Positions 35,401-46,628 of a stretch of DNA of 64,000 nt are shown piece after piece. How positions within the stretch are numbered: the first letter of the stretch is position 1; each line of letters begins with the position of its first letter. This DNA comes from Mytilus californianus (lineage: Eukaryota), in the NCBI RefSeq assembly GCF_021869535.1, contig NW_026262581.1:74958001-75022000 (forward strand), in the 5' to 3' direction. The notes beneath the pieces are model-generated. The model ran no database searches. It saw only the letters and a program-made list of their open reading frames with translations, and was not told where the DNA came from. The position numbers and the translations under genes were made by a program.

Positions 35401-38400
35401 TTAGTGGGAAAAATTTGGTTGATTATATAGGAAATCACTGAGGCATGACTGGAGCTGGCCCCCTCTTAGGCAGTCAGTGGGCCCGCCTTATGACAATTTC
35501 TGGATCCGCCACTGGAAATGTTAACAATAAATGGAGATTTTGTTTTTATTCTAATTTATTTTTATTTTTACTATAACAAGAACGTTTTCTCTTGAATTTA
35601 TAATTGATAGTGTCCTTGCTAAAACAGGACAAACATTGAAAAGATCAAGTTTTCAGTGTTTAATACAGGGGAGGTAATATTTTGTCACTAGATTTCCCAC
35701 TGAATCGGTGATTCACAATAACAAATGCTCCCATTTAACGGCATTAATTTCTGAATTTACAGTATTTACAAATGATTACAGGTAAAAGTATGAAATCATA
35801 TGAGGCAAACACGCATGTGGCAATATCCAATTCAACAAAACTATAACGTACAACATCTTGAGATCACTGCGTGGTCTACAAATGCTAATACTCAAATACA
35901 ATCGAGCAAGTTCAAGAAGGCCCTGCAATCAGCAAAAAAAAATAAATAGTTAAATACCACATTATTATTGTTGAATAAAGGCAAGTTTTATTGTATACAA
36001 AAGTGTGTAAAAAAATGCCAAATTTTACCCACAATTTGCAACATCATATGAACCTCAAAATGAGAAGCCTTAAACTCTAATATGACAGCAAAAATTTCAT
36101 AAAGTATTTGAAGATTTTTTAATCTATTTGTAGATTCAGAAGAAAACCAGTTAATAATTGATGAGAGTAGCAATCAACAACAAATTCAATTATCTGACAG
36201 AAGAGCTGTATATTGCCGTAGATGTCAGATCCATGGCGTTAAAAATCTGGTGCGTGGACACAAGGATAGCTGTCCATACAGAGGTTGTTGGTGCACAGAG
36301 TGTAGAATAATAAGTAAGTCTTAATAGAAAATGGTTCTGTTCAAAGAATAGATTCCATAATAGACTTAAACTTCTGTTATTAAGGTTTTTGCTATAAAAA
36401 CTGGATACCAAATCATACCATAGATAACTTATAATACATCAACAGCCAAAAGCCAACTTATCCAAGACAGTCATTCCCAAGGTCGCCGGACATTGGACAA
36501 AGACCAGTAAAAATTGGTTTGGTCCAGTTAAGTGATATGCATTACTGGACCAAATGATCAGTAAAATTTTTAATTTTGTCCAAATCATATGTGTAAATGT
36601 CCTGTAATTAATAAAGAGTCTGGTCCAGTTAAAAAGAATTGAAATGTCCAGTTGATTTCTCAAAGCCTTGGGAACCACTGCCAAGAGTGAAAACGTGTAA
36701 TCAGACAATCTATAAAAACAACCAATAAACAATTGTTCTCAGTACTCTCCAGACCATGGGGTACATATTAAAATAGAGTAAAAAAGAACTGCAAACTAGA
36801 TGACTTATTAACTTAGAAGCAAGATGTGGCATACAATTTGGAAATCATGTTCAAAATCTTCTTGTTTACAGGTAGTTAATATGATATAGCTATTTGTTTA
36901 AAACTAATATTCCAGAATACATTATTATAGACAACAAGGCTAGTATGACACCCTAATTCATTATCAGATTTGCATAAATGCTCAATATTTATATCACAGC
37001 GATATAGCCTTTTTGTGCTGATGCGGCGTAAAGGAATCACCAATCAATATTTATATACATTTGTACATGTAAATTAATTTTTCAATAAGGCAAAAAAAAA
37101 TAATACATGCGTTTCTGTGATGTGCTGAAAAAAATAGGGTAGGTAGGAAGGCAATATCATTTTATTTCACAAACATTTTTTAGCTGGTTACTACTAGGGA
37201 ATCAGTCTGACTTTAACAGTGCTTGTTCCAAAATGGCATAAAAAGTGTAAGGGTAGGTAGGGTTAGCAGAAACATATGTTTTATTTTTTTTGGCCAAATA
37301 TATGATCATTATATTTTTCAGATTCTCAGTCCTCTGTGTGTAGCCACTGTGGATTTTATCCACCAGTTACACCCTATCCACGACCATACCCACCATCACT
37401 TAATTGGGTAAGTTTGTATTCATGTATTATGTGAAAATCTGTTTATTTCTTCCCATATTAATCATTATGGGTAAAGGCTGTCCATATTTCTGACTTAGGC
37501 TTGCTGTCTATCTGTTTTCTATTACAAAATATATAGTTGACATTAATGACACTAGCATGGTACCAAACTTTACAGAAAAACCTCATTCCAGATATAGAGA
37601 ATTGCAAGCACCATTCTAGTTTAACCTTCCCATGACAATAGTCATAGATAGGGAATTAGGCTGGCTGTTTCTTGTGTTGGTAATGTCAACAAACATAAAT
37701 AAGATAATTAGGTAACATAGGCAAGACATATCTCTGTGTTTTAAAACAGTTTTTTGAGGTTTCTCATTTCAAAACAGAAACTGTCCTTTCTAGTTACATT
37801 TTGCAATACTTTCAAACTACACCTTGAATGCAAAGCACTCACTAAATGGATTTTATGGATGGATTTAAATCGGAATAGAACTAAATTTGTATAGATAAGT
37901 CAGCCAAAAACTTACACAGCATTCTTTCTTTGTTTTAATATTCTACAGGATATGACATCTTCATGAATATTATAACTCTTTATTGTTGTATCCTTGCAGA
38001 GCAGGTTTCAAGATTAACTGATTGCCCAGGACAAGTAAAATCATTCTTAAGCAACCAAAAGCTGCAATGTACTTGTCCAAAATAAAATAAGAAATAATCT
38101 TGTCTAAAGATATGGTTCCACTAAAGAATAGGGTTGGTAGGTAGGATATTTTTTATCTTTTAACTTTAATTTCTTATTGACAATAGATTTTAAAAAAGTA
38201 TCGCTGAAACTTCATTATTATTTGAATAAACACCTCTTTCACAGTAACTTAAGTGAGTTTGATACCTTTATGAAAAATGAGTTTTAATTTTTTAAACAGT
38301 TGCTGCATCAACAGAACAATACAGCATGTGGAGGAGGTAATGTAATCAATGATTTTGTTTGCCTTATTTAATATGTTTAAATATCAAGCTGTAATATTTA

Positions 38401-41400
38401 AATAGATTGATTGATTAATGTTTAATGCCACTTTCAGCACTATTGGCTATTTACTGGCGGTCAGTTTTTATAGGTGGAGGAAGATTTTTATTGGTGGAAG
38501 AAGCTGGAGTGCTCACAGAGAACCACCGACCTTCGGCAGGAAAACTGACAATCCAAGTCAGTTAAGATTAGAGTTGAATTCACCTGCCACGTACAGGGTT
38601 CAAACTCACAACCTTATAGTGTTGACAGTCTTTATATTTTAAAAAATGTTTGTCATATTTAATTCTAATTTTAACATATTTTACAAATTACAATGAATTT
38701 TCACATATTTGCATTTTCAGAATGAATATTGAAGTACAAAAGTTTTTACTTTTACACCTGCACCTTTTTTGTTTGGGTGTTGCTATTATGAAGAGTACAT
38801 TTTCTAATAAGTGACTAGTTTTTTTTGCAAAGGGTTTTTGTAAATGGATTAAACACAGTTATATAGGAAAAGCTTTGGTTCCTTATCTATACAATGCAAA
38901 TGGCACATGCAAGCATAATGTATTGTCCTAGATTTGATCTAATTTTGACTCTGTAAGTGCATCATACATTCATGGTAAACAGGCATTGTGAAATCAGTAG
39001 GTTATTAGGGACCTAAAATTCTTAGCAGCTTACATTATAACCATTATCCTATATGTGCTTCTTCCATAAGAAATTGAAAGATTTTACATACAAGTTATCT
39101 CCATTTTCAAAAAATTCTGAAGTTTTATAGAAACTACTCAAAAGTTATCTACCTTTACAAAATATTCTAAAATTTTATAGAAACCATTCAAAAGTTATCT
39201 CCCTTTGCAAAAAATTCTGAAGTTTTACAGAAACCCCTCAAAAGTTATCTACCTTTACAAAAATTCTGAAGTTTTATTGAAACCATTCAAAAGTCATCTA
39301 CCTTTACAAAAATTCTGAAGTTTTACAAAAACCCCTCAAAAGTTATCTACCTTTACAAAAATTCTGAAGTTTTATAGAAACCCTTCAAAAGTTACCTACC
39401 TTTACAAAAATTCTGAAGTTTTATAGAAACCCCTCAAAAAATTATCTACCTTAACAAAAAATTCTTAAGTTTTATAGAAACCCCTCAAAAGTTATCTACC
39501 TTTAAAAAAATTGTGAAGTTTTATACAAACCCCCCAAAAGTTATCTACCTTTACAAAAATTCTGAAGATTTATAGAAACCCCTCAAAAGTTATCTACCTT
39601 TACAAAAATTCTGAAGTTTTACAGAAACCACTCAGTTATATACCTTGACAAAAAATTCTGAATTTTTTATAGAAACCCCTCCAAACTTATCTCCCTTTGC
39701 AAATATTCTGAAGTTTTATAGAAACCCCTCACAAGTTATCTACCTTTACAAAAATTCTGAAGTTTAATAGAAATCACACAAAAGTTATCTACCTTTACAA
39801 AAAATTCTGAAGTTTTATAGAAACCCCTCAAAAGTTATCTACCTTTACAAAAATTCTGAAGTTTTATAGAACCCCCTCAAAAGTTATCTACCTTTACAAA
39901 AATATTGAAGTTTTTAAGAAACCCCTCAAAAGGTTATATACCTTAACAAAAAATTCTTAAGTTTTATTGAAACCATTCAAAAGTTATCTCCCTTTGCAAA
40001 AAATTCTGAAGTTTTATAGAAACCCCTCAAAAGTTATCTACCTTTAAAAAAATTCTTAAGTGTCATACAAACCCCCCAAAAGTTATCTTCCTTTACAAAA
40101 ATTCTGAAGTTTTATAGAAACCCCTCAAAAGTTATCTACCTTTACAAAAATTCTGAAGTTTTATAGAACCACTCGGTTATCTACCTTGACAAAAAATTCT
40201 GAAGTTTTATAGAAACGCCTCAAAAGTTATCTCCCTTTGCAAATATTCTGAAGTATTATAGAAACCCCTCAAAAGTTATCTACCCTTACAAAAATTCTGA
40301 AGTTTAATAGAAACCCCTCGAAAGCTACCTACCTTTACAAAAATTCTGAAGTTTTATAGAAACCCCTCAAAAAGTTATCTACCTTTACAAAAAAATTCTG
40401 AAGTTTTATAGAAACCACTCAGTTATCTACCATAACAAAAAATTCTTAAGTTTTATAGAAACCCCTCAAAAGTTATCTACCTTTACAAAAATTCTGAAGT
40501 TTTACAGAAACCACTCGGTTATCTACCTTGACAAAAAATTCTGAAGTTTTATAGAAACCCCTCAAAAGTTATCTCCCTTTGCAAATATTCTGAAGTTTTA
40601 TAGAAACCCCTCAAAAGTTATTTACACTTACAAAAATTCTGAAGTTTTATAGAAACCCCTCAAAAGTTACCTACCTTTACAAAAAATTCTGAAGTTTTAT
40701 AGAAACCACTCAGTTATCTACCTTAACAAAAAATTCTTAAGTTTTATAGAAACCCCTAAAAAGTTATCTACCTTTACAAAAATTCTGAAGTTTTAAAGAA
40801 ACCACTCGGTTATCTACCTTGACAAAAAATTCTGAAGTTTTATAGAAACCCCTCAAAAGTTATCTACCTTTAAAAAAAATCTTAAGTTTTATAGAAACCC
40901 CTCAAAAGTTACCTACCTTTACAAAAAATTCTGAAGTTTTATAGAAACCACTCAGTTATCTACCTTAACAAAAAATTCTTAAGTTTTATAGAAACCCCTC
41001 AAAAGTTATCTACCTTTACAAAAATTCTGAAGTTTTAAAGAAACCACTCGGTTATCTACCTTGACAAAAAATTCTGAAGTTTTATAGAAACCCCTCAAAA
41101 GTTATCTACCTTTAAAAAAATCTTAAGTTTTATACAAACCCCCCAAAAGTTATCTACCTTTACAAAAATTCTGAAGTTTTATAGAAACCCCTCAAAAGTT
41201 ATCTATCTTTACAAAAATGCTGAAGTTTTACAGAAACCCCTCAAAAGTTATCTACCTTTACAAAAATTCTGAAGTTACAAGAAACTCCTCAAAAGTTATC
41301 TACCTTTACAAAAATTCAGAAGTTTTATAGAAACCACTCAGTTATCTACCTTAACAAAAAATTCTGAAGTTTTATAGAAACCCCTCAAAAGTTATCTACC

Positions 41401-44400
41401 TTTACAAAATTTCTGAAGTTTTACAGAACCCCTCAAAAGTTATCTACCTTTACAAAAATTCTGAAGTTTAATAGAAACCCCTCAAAAGTTATCTACCTTT
41501 ACAAAAATTCTGAAGTTTTATAGAAACCACTCAGTTATCTACCTTAACAAAAAATTCTGAAGTTTTATAGAAACCCCTCAAAAGTTATCTACCTTTACAA
41601 AAAATTCTAAAGTTTTATAGAAACTACTCAAAAGTTATCTAACTTTACAAAAATTCTGAAGTTTTATAGAAACCCCTCAAAAGTTATCTACCTTTACAAA
41701 ATTTCTGAAGTTTTACAGAATACTCAAAAGTTATCTACCTTTACAAAAATTCCGAAGTTTAATAGAAAACCCTCAAAAGTTATCTACCTTTACAAAAATT
41801 CTGAAGTTTTATAGAAACCACTCAGTTATCTACCTTAACAAAAAATTCTGAAGTTTTATAGAAACCCCTTAAAAGTTATCTACCTTTACAAAAATTCTGA
41901 AGTTTTATAGAAACCCCTCAAAAGTTATCTACCTTTACAAAAAATTCTAAAGTTTTATAGAAACTACTCAAAAGTTATCTAACTTTACAAAAATGCTGAA
42001 ATTTTATAGAAACCCCTCAAAAGTTATCCAACTTGACAAAAAATTCTGAAGTTTTAAAGAAACCCCTTAAAAATTATTTCCCTTTGCAAAAAATCTTAAG
42101 TTTTATAGGAGTAATACCACCAATATTTTCCCCCTATTAGTCTTTGTTAAATTCTCATTTTTATTTTTTTTTAAATTGTGCAGAATTTATCTTTGTTTCA
42201 AATATTAAAGAAATACTTGGCATGAGTGAAGTTTGATCCTGTCCAGACTACTACAGTCAAAATTTCACATAACATTTCATTGCATATAAGATAATAACCA
42301 TCACTGGAAGTTAACCAATCAAATTTTTTTCCCCTTTTTTTCCTGTTTAGTAACCATGCCACCTCAAGTTTCCAAAATATTTTATAGAAACACTTAATAT
42401 AAAAAAAATCTTTGAATCACCCAAGATATATGTTTATGACTCAGAATTTTTTTTCTGCAATGAAATGCATGTAACGAGGTTTAATTTCCTACAACTGTCA
42501 AATTCAAGGGAACATTTTTTTTCTACCCTTTTTCATATGAAACAGGATGTGACGAACAATGTTTTGGTGGTATTACTCCTTAAAGAGACCACTTAAAAGT
42601 TATCTCCCTTTGCAAAAATTTCTAATAATGGAAACAGTTAGTATTTGAATATAGACTTTTGAAATACCTGGAAATCTAGCCTTCTTTCATATGTCTTGTG
42701 TGATAGGTCAACAATACATGGTAGGTTAATTGTGAGGGGTTTAAATGTTCATCTGAGATACTTCATTTATGACTTTGACCTTATTTACACATACAAGTGG
42801 TCAGATTAAGATAAAATAAGGAGATATGGCATGATTGCCAATGAGACAACTATCCACCAGAGACTAAATGATGTAGATTTTATTTATTAAGTATAGATCA
42901 CCATACAGCCTTTAACAATGAGCAAAACCCATAATTCATGGCAAGCTTATAAAAGGCCCCAACAGGACAAAATGTAAAACAACTCGAACGAGAAAAAATC
43001 AACAACCTGATTCACGATCACGATTCACTGATTGTACGATAAACAAATATGATATGTAGCAACAAACAACAACCACTGAATTACAGGCTTCTGACTTGGG
43101 ACAAACGCATACAGAATTTGGCGAGGTTAAACAAGTTTTTGGATAGACCAACCGCCTTTAACTTGGGACAGTGGTGTAACAGCACAACATAAGAATAATT
43201 ATAAGTTGAAAAGGGCTTGACTCATCATTATTATCATAAGTTTAAGGATTATGTCTGTAACTTGACATGAAAGGTCATGATATTTTGTGTATGAATTAGT
43301 TTTAAAAGAATATACACAGCTGACCTGTGATAAGGGTTAGACCTTTTTTAACCATAATATTTGTTTATTTTCGCACAGAAATTCTCGGGGTTCGTCCAGT
43401 CTTGTATGCACTCTCACAAGTACAATTCTCCCTAGATTTTTATCAAATCTTTATAAGTGGTTTATATCTGCATTGTTTCTGACAAGTTAGAAAATCAGTG
43501 TCCATTAACTATTTTTTAAAAGTTGTGCCCCTTGGAAATATTAATTATATGTGTATGGGAAATTGCATTGCAAGTGCTCTCACATGTACAGTTCTTTTTT
43601 TATCAAAGGTTTATATCAGCAATGTCTTGAACAAATTGGAAAATCAGTGCAGATCAACAATTGTTTAAAGAGTTAGACTCCTTGGAAATATAAGTTATAT
43701 CAAGGATTTGTATCAAATCCTTGTTTATATGTAAAATTGCATTGTAAGTGCTCTCAAGCCTATATTTCTTGTAGGACTGTTATGAAATTAATATTGAAGA
43801 TTTAAGTCAGCAATGTCTGTTACAAGCTTGAAAATCAGTGCAGATGAATTATTTGTTCAGAAGTTATGTCCATTAGAAATGTAAATTCTATAGAAAATTG
43901 CATTGTAAGCGCTCTCCCGTGTACAATTCTTGCCTGGTATTTCAAAGGTTTACATCAGCAATGTTTATGACAAGATTGAAAATCAGTGCTGATCAATTAT
44001 TTTTAAAAGAGTAATGCCCCTTGGAAATATTAATTATATGGAAAATTGCATTGTAAGCGCTTTCATGTGTACATTACAGTAACAATTCTTACCATCTTCT
44101 TTTATCAAAGGCATATATATCAGCAATGTCTTGTACAAGTTCAAAAGTCAGTGCCCATCAACTATTTTTTAAAGAGTTATGCCACTGGCACTTGGAAATT
44201 TTAATTGTATGTAAAATTGCATTGTTAATGTTCTCAAGCCTTCATTTCTCTAAGGTATTTATAAAAAAAAATATTAAAGAACAAAAAAATTTTTTTTTTT
44301 TTTAGTTCTAGCCATTGGGCAGATGAAATATGTACAATGTGGGGGACATTTGAACTCTGTTCTTTTATTAATCTTTCAAGTAGTCTATCCATCTGTATTA

Positions 44401-46628
44401 ATAAGAGTGACAAGTCATCAATTTTTGGTATAGCAATTTAATGTCCTTCAGACATGTCAGTACTGAAACCTCTACATCAATTTCACACACTTATGGTCAG
44501 GTGATATTTACAGGTTTAAATAATAGAAGGCTTCCTCCAAGTAACCATACATGAGGTCTGGAATAAATTATTGTTGTTGAAAGAATATGTCATTCTGGTT
44601 ATGTCATCTGGTCTTGCCCAAGCTCATATATATTCATTTTCCTGTGCTCAGTATATGTTTATGCTCAATCTAGGATAGTCAGGTGGGGGGAAGCATTATG
44701 TTTTCTGGCCTGTACATCTGTCCTTCTGTTTGTGCATTAGTCCATCCTGAGTATCAGGTTAAAGTTTACCAAGAAGTTGTTGTCTCCTTGATTTGAAACT
44801 TTGTACACATAATCATTATGATAATATTCTTTCAGGTAATACCAGTTCATCTAACTATAGCAGCAATCTTGGATACAAATCACAGGTGTGTAAAACAAAA
44901 ATCTTGTGAATATAACTTGATTGCTAAACATGATAATGTCATTAACCTTTTTCTACTGCATTAGGGCCTAAGCCGTAAAAAATACACAGTAGTCAATTAA
45001 CCTGTTAAAGAGGTAAATCATAATCTTTTCATGTGAGTGATGATGTGACCTATAAAGCATCATGAATAAATTTAAGATGTGGAATAAAAGTCATTAAGAA
45101 AGCAACCTAATGACAAAAAAAAATTAGTCATGGAGAGAACGGAAACTAAAAATTTTGTAATTTTTCCATTTATAAAGGGGCAGAACTCTAGAAGGGTTAA
45201 AGTGACACCTCCAAAATTCAATCTTGATCTGTGTTTTGTGGAAATAAGCATTGTGTATAAGTTTCATAACATTTGGTTGAGGCAAACTCAAGTTAGAGAA
45301 CGGAAACCAATTTTAGGACGTACGGACAATGCCCCCTCCGCTACGGCGGGGGCATAAAAACACCTAGAAATGAGCATAAAGTCTTCAACAAAAGACAGGG
45401 GACTATAGAATATATGTCAAGCTCTAAACATCCTGAGTCTAATAATAATATTCAATAAGATGAACAGAAACAACCTATCACAGGTCTGCCATCACCACCA
45501 AATTTTCTAAAGATATAACATGAATCATCCACTGATAGGCTCCCTGACCTGAAACAGGTACACAAATTTATATGGGGTTCAAGTTTTTTTGAAAGAAAGT
45601 TCATGAAATCTCCACCCTCCTTCTTAAATCTTGATAAGAAACATGAAAACACTAAAATAATGTTATTTTTGACATTAAAAATACTTAGTCTAGTACAAAC
45701 AATCTAATGCACAATTCTTTTTTCAATTTACTATATTGAATTTTTTATGAATATTTATTTGTTCTGTCTTAAAATAAGAAGTTGCAGTAAAGTCAAGTTT
45801 GTCTTTTAGTAACTCCAGTTAAAATTAACCAGTGAAGCATAACCATATAAGCCATCAAAGAGTCACACTTGATTTAAAAAACCATTCTAAGTAAAGAGCT
45901 GGATTTTACATGTCTGTTCATTCTGTATTAGCCTTTCAACATATGAATATTAAGAAATGTTGTTTAAACATCATTAATACTGCACATTGAACAAAACAAT
46001 AAGATAATAAAATACAGTCCATATTTCAAACTGACTGCATTTACTTGAATGATAAATATTCTTCATTGTCATTCTGTCACTTGTGAAACAAACAATTATT
46101 ACATGTACAATGTACTAGCTGCTTATTATTAAGTAGTGCCCATGGAAGATGATATAAAAAAATCAAAAACTGATACTATTTTCCTTGTATTTACTTATGA
46201 ATTTCTTAATCAGAATTATTATCTTCATAGAGATTCAATTTAATAAAAAAAGTTTGAAGCAGTAAACAATATCATTGACACCAGTGCATGTGTATCTCAG
46301 TCACTAGTAAGACATATATGAAATTTCTAGGAGTTTCTGAAATAAAGCAGTTAAAGCAGTCACAGAATTCTTTGATAAAGATCTTTATAAAACTTTACAC
46401 TGACTTTTCTTGCTTAGCTTTAGTTATACATCTATTCATTTATTTATAAATAAGATATTATATAAAGTTGACCATTTATTATAGGTAAATTATGTTCAAC
46501 CAGCTAACCTTAGCCTGCCATATAATTCTACCCCAGGATACATGCAGGGACCACAACATGATATACCACATTCAACTGTACCATATGAAACTCCAGCTAG
46601 TCAACAAGATGGAAACTTGAGTCTGTAG
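32186..46628 (+). CDS. Dmrt: Divergent Dmrt-family transcription factor with two DM zinc modules, about 248 aa
   Basis: join(32186-32435,36134-36313,37322-37407,38300-38336,44836-44885,46485-46628) = 747 nt, all GT-AG, phases 1,1,0,1,0 compatible. The two DM exons are secure; the chain of short 3' exons is inferred from splice sites, phase and P/Y/S/Q composition. Confidence 0.75.
34219..34283 (-). mobile_element. tRNA-derived SINE head relic
   Basis: Minus strand taagctctgtcggttagagc (A-box-like) and gggtttgagtcc (B-box-like); too degenerate for a tRNA gene. Confidence 0.6.
35248..35514 (+). mobile_element. GC-rich MITE with a rearranged, duplicated 5' end
   Basis: Ends in ctggatccgccactg. 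The 44-bp 5' segment is duplicated (35248-35291, 35343-35386) around an inverted copy and an ectopic 24-mer. Confidence 0.65.
36134..36313 (+). CDS. Dmrt: Dmrt-like exon with DM domain 2 (zinc module only)
   Basis: atttgtAG|(D)SEENQLIIDESSNQQQIQLSDRRAVYCRRCQIHGVKNLVRGHKDSCPYRGCWCTECRII|GTAAGT, 180 nt, phase 1-1; all 8 ligands with DM spacing. Absent from the ORF track (no ATG). Confidence 0.9.
37322..37407 (+). CDS. Dmrt: Dmrt-like exon 3 (Pro/Tyr-rich)
   Basis: atatttttcAG|(N)SQSSVCSHCGFYPPVTPYPRPYPPSLNW|GTAAGT, phase 1-0. Confidence 0.75.
38300..38336 (+). CDS. Dmrt: Dmrt-like exon 4
   Basis: tttaattttttaaacAG|LLHQQNNTACGG|GTaatg, 37 nt, phase 0-1. Confidence 0.6.
38405..38630 (-). mobile_element. 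tRNA-type SINE with V/Meta-like central domain and (AATC)n tail
   Basis: Minus strand B-box-like gagtttgaaccc, central ggtcggtggttctctgtgagcactccagcttcttccaccaataaaa, tail read as gattgattgatt on +. A 3' fragment of the same family lies at about 37000-37048 (+). Confidence 0.65.
39060..42107. repeat. Intronic satellite, about 60 monomers of 47-50 bp
   Basis: Consensus aaaagttatctacctttacaaaaattctgaagttttatagaaacccctc (49 bp), with recurrent variants and more degenerate edges. Confidence 0.95.
42108..42579. mobile_element. Non-autonomous DNA transposon (Kolobok-like) inserted in the last satellite monomer; second copy at 49901-50372
   Basis: TIR ggagtaataccaccaa / ttggtggtattactcc; right flank TTAA, left flank TATA; satellite monomer resumes on the right. 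Kolobok elements have RR termini and TTAA TSDs. Confidence 0.65.
43390..44240. repeat. Five degenerate 150-190 bp HINE-type subrepeats (second copy at 51183-52033)
   Basis: aaaatcagtgc at about 43491, 43640, 43831, 43980, 44146; a related single unit at about 33590-33740. Confidence 0.75.
44836..44885 (+). CDS. Dmrt: Dmrt-like exon 5
   Basis: tattctttcAG|(G)NTSSSNYSSNLGYKSQ|GTgtgt, 50 nt, phase 1-0. Confidence 0.6.
45110..45360. mobile_element. HINE-like element end with GC-rich terminal hairpin (second copy at 52903-53153)
   Basis: ggacgtacggac followed by atgccccctccgctacggcgggggcat and an A run; explains ORF 45130..45357. Confidence 0.6.
46485..46628 (+). CDS. Dmrt: Dmrt-like terminal coding exon
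   Basis: ccatttattatAG|VNYVQPANLSLPYNSTPGYMQGPQHDIPHSTVPYETPASQQDGNLSL*, phase 0; P/Y/Q/S-rich; AATAAA downstream at about 46928 and 47004. Confidence 0.65.
   Translation, partial: VNYVQPANLSLPYNSTPGYMQGPQHDIPHSTVPYETPASQQDGNLSL

Noticed and set aside
36168-36180. CAATCAACA, resembling the Tra/Tra2 dsxRE
   Set aside because: Single partial match inside coding sequence; functional dsxREs occur as clustered 13-mers.
39060-42107. Regularly spaced repeats resembling a CRISPR array
   Set aside because: Head-to-tail monomers without unique spacers, eukaryotic context and no cas genes; it is a satellite.
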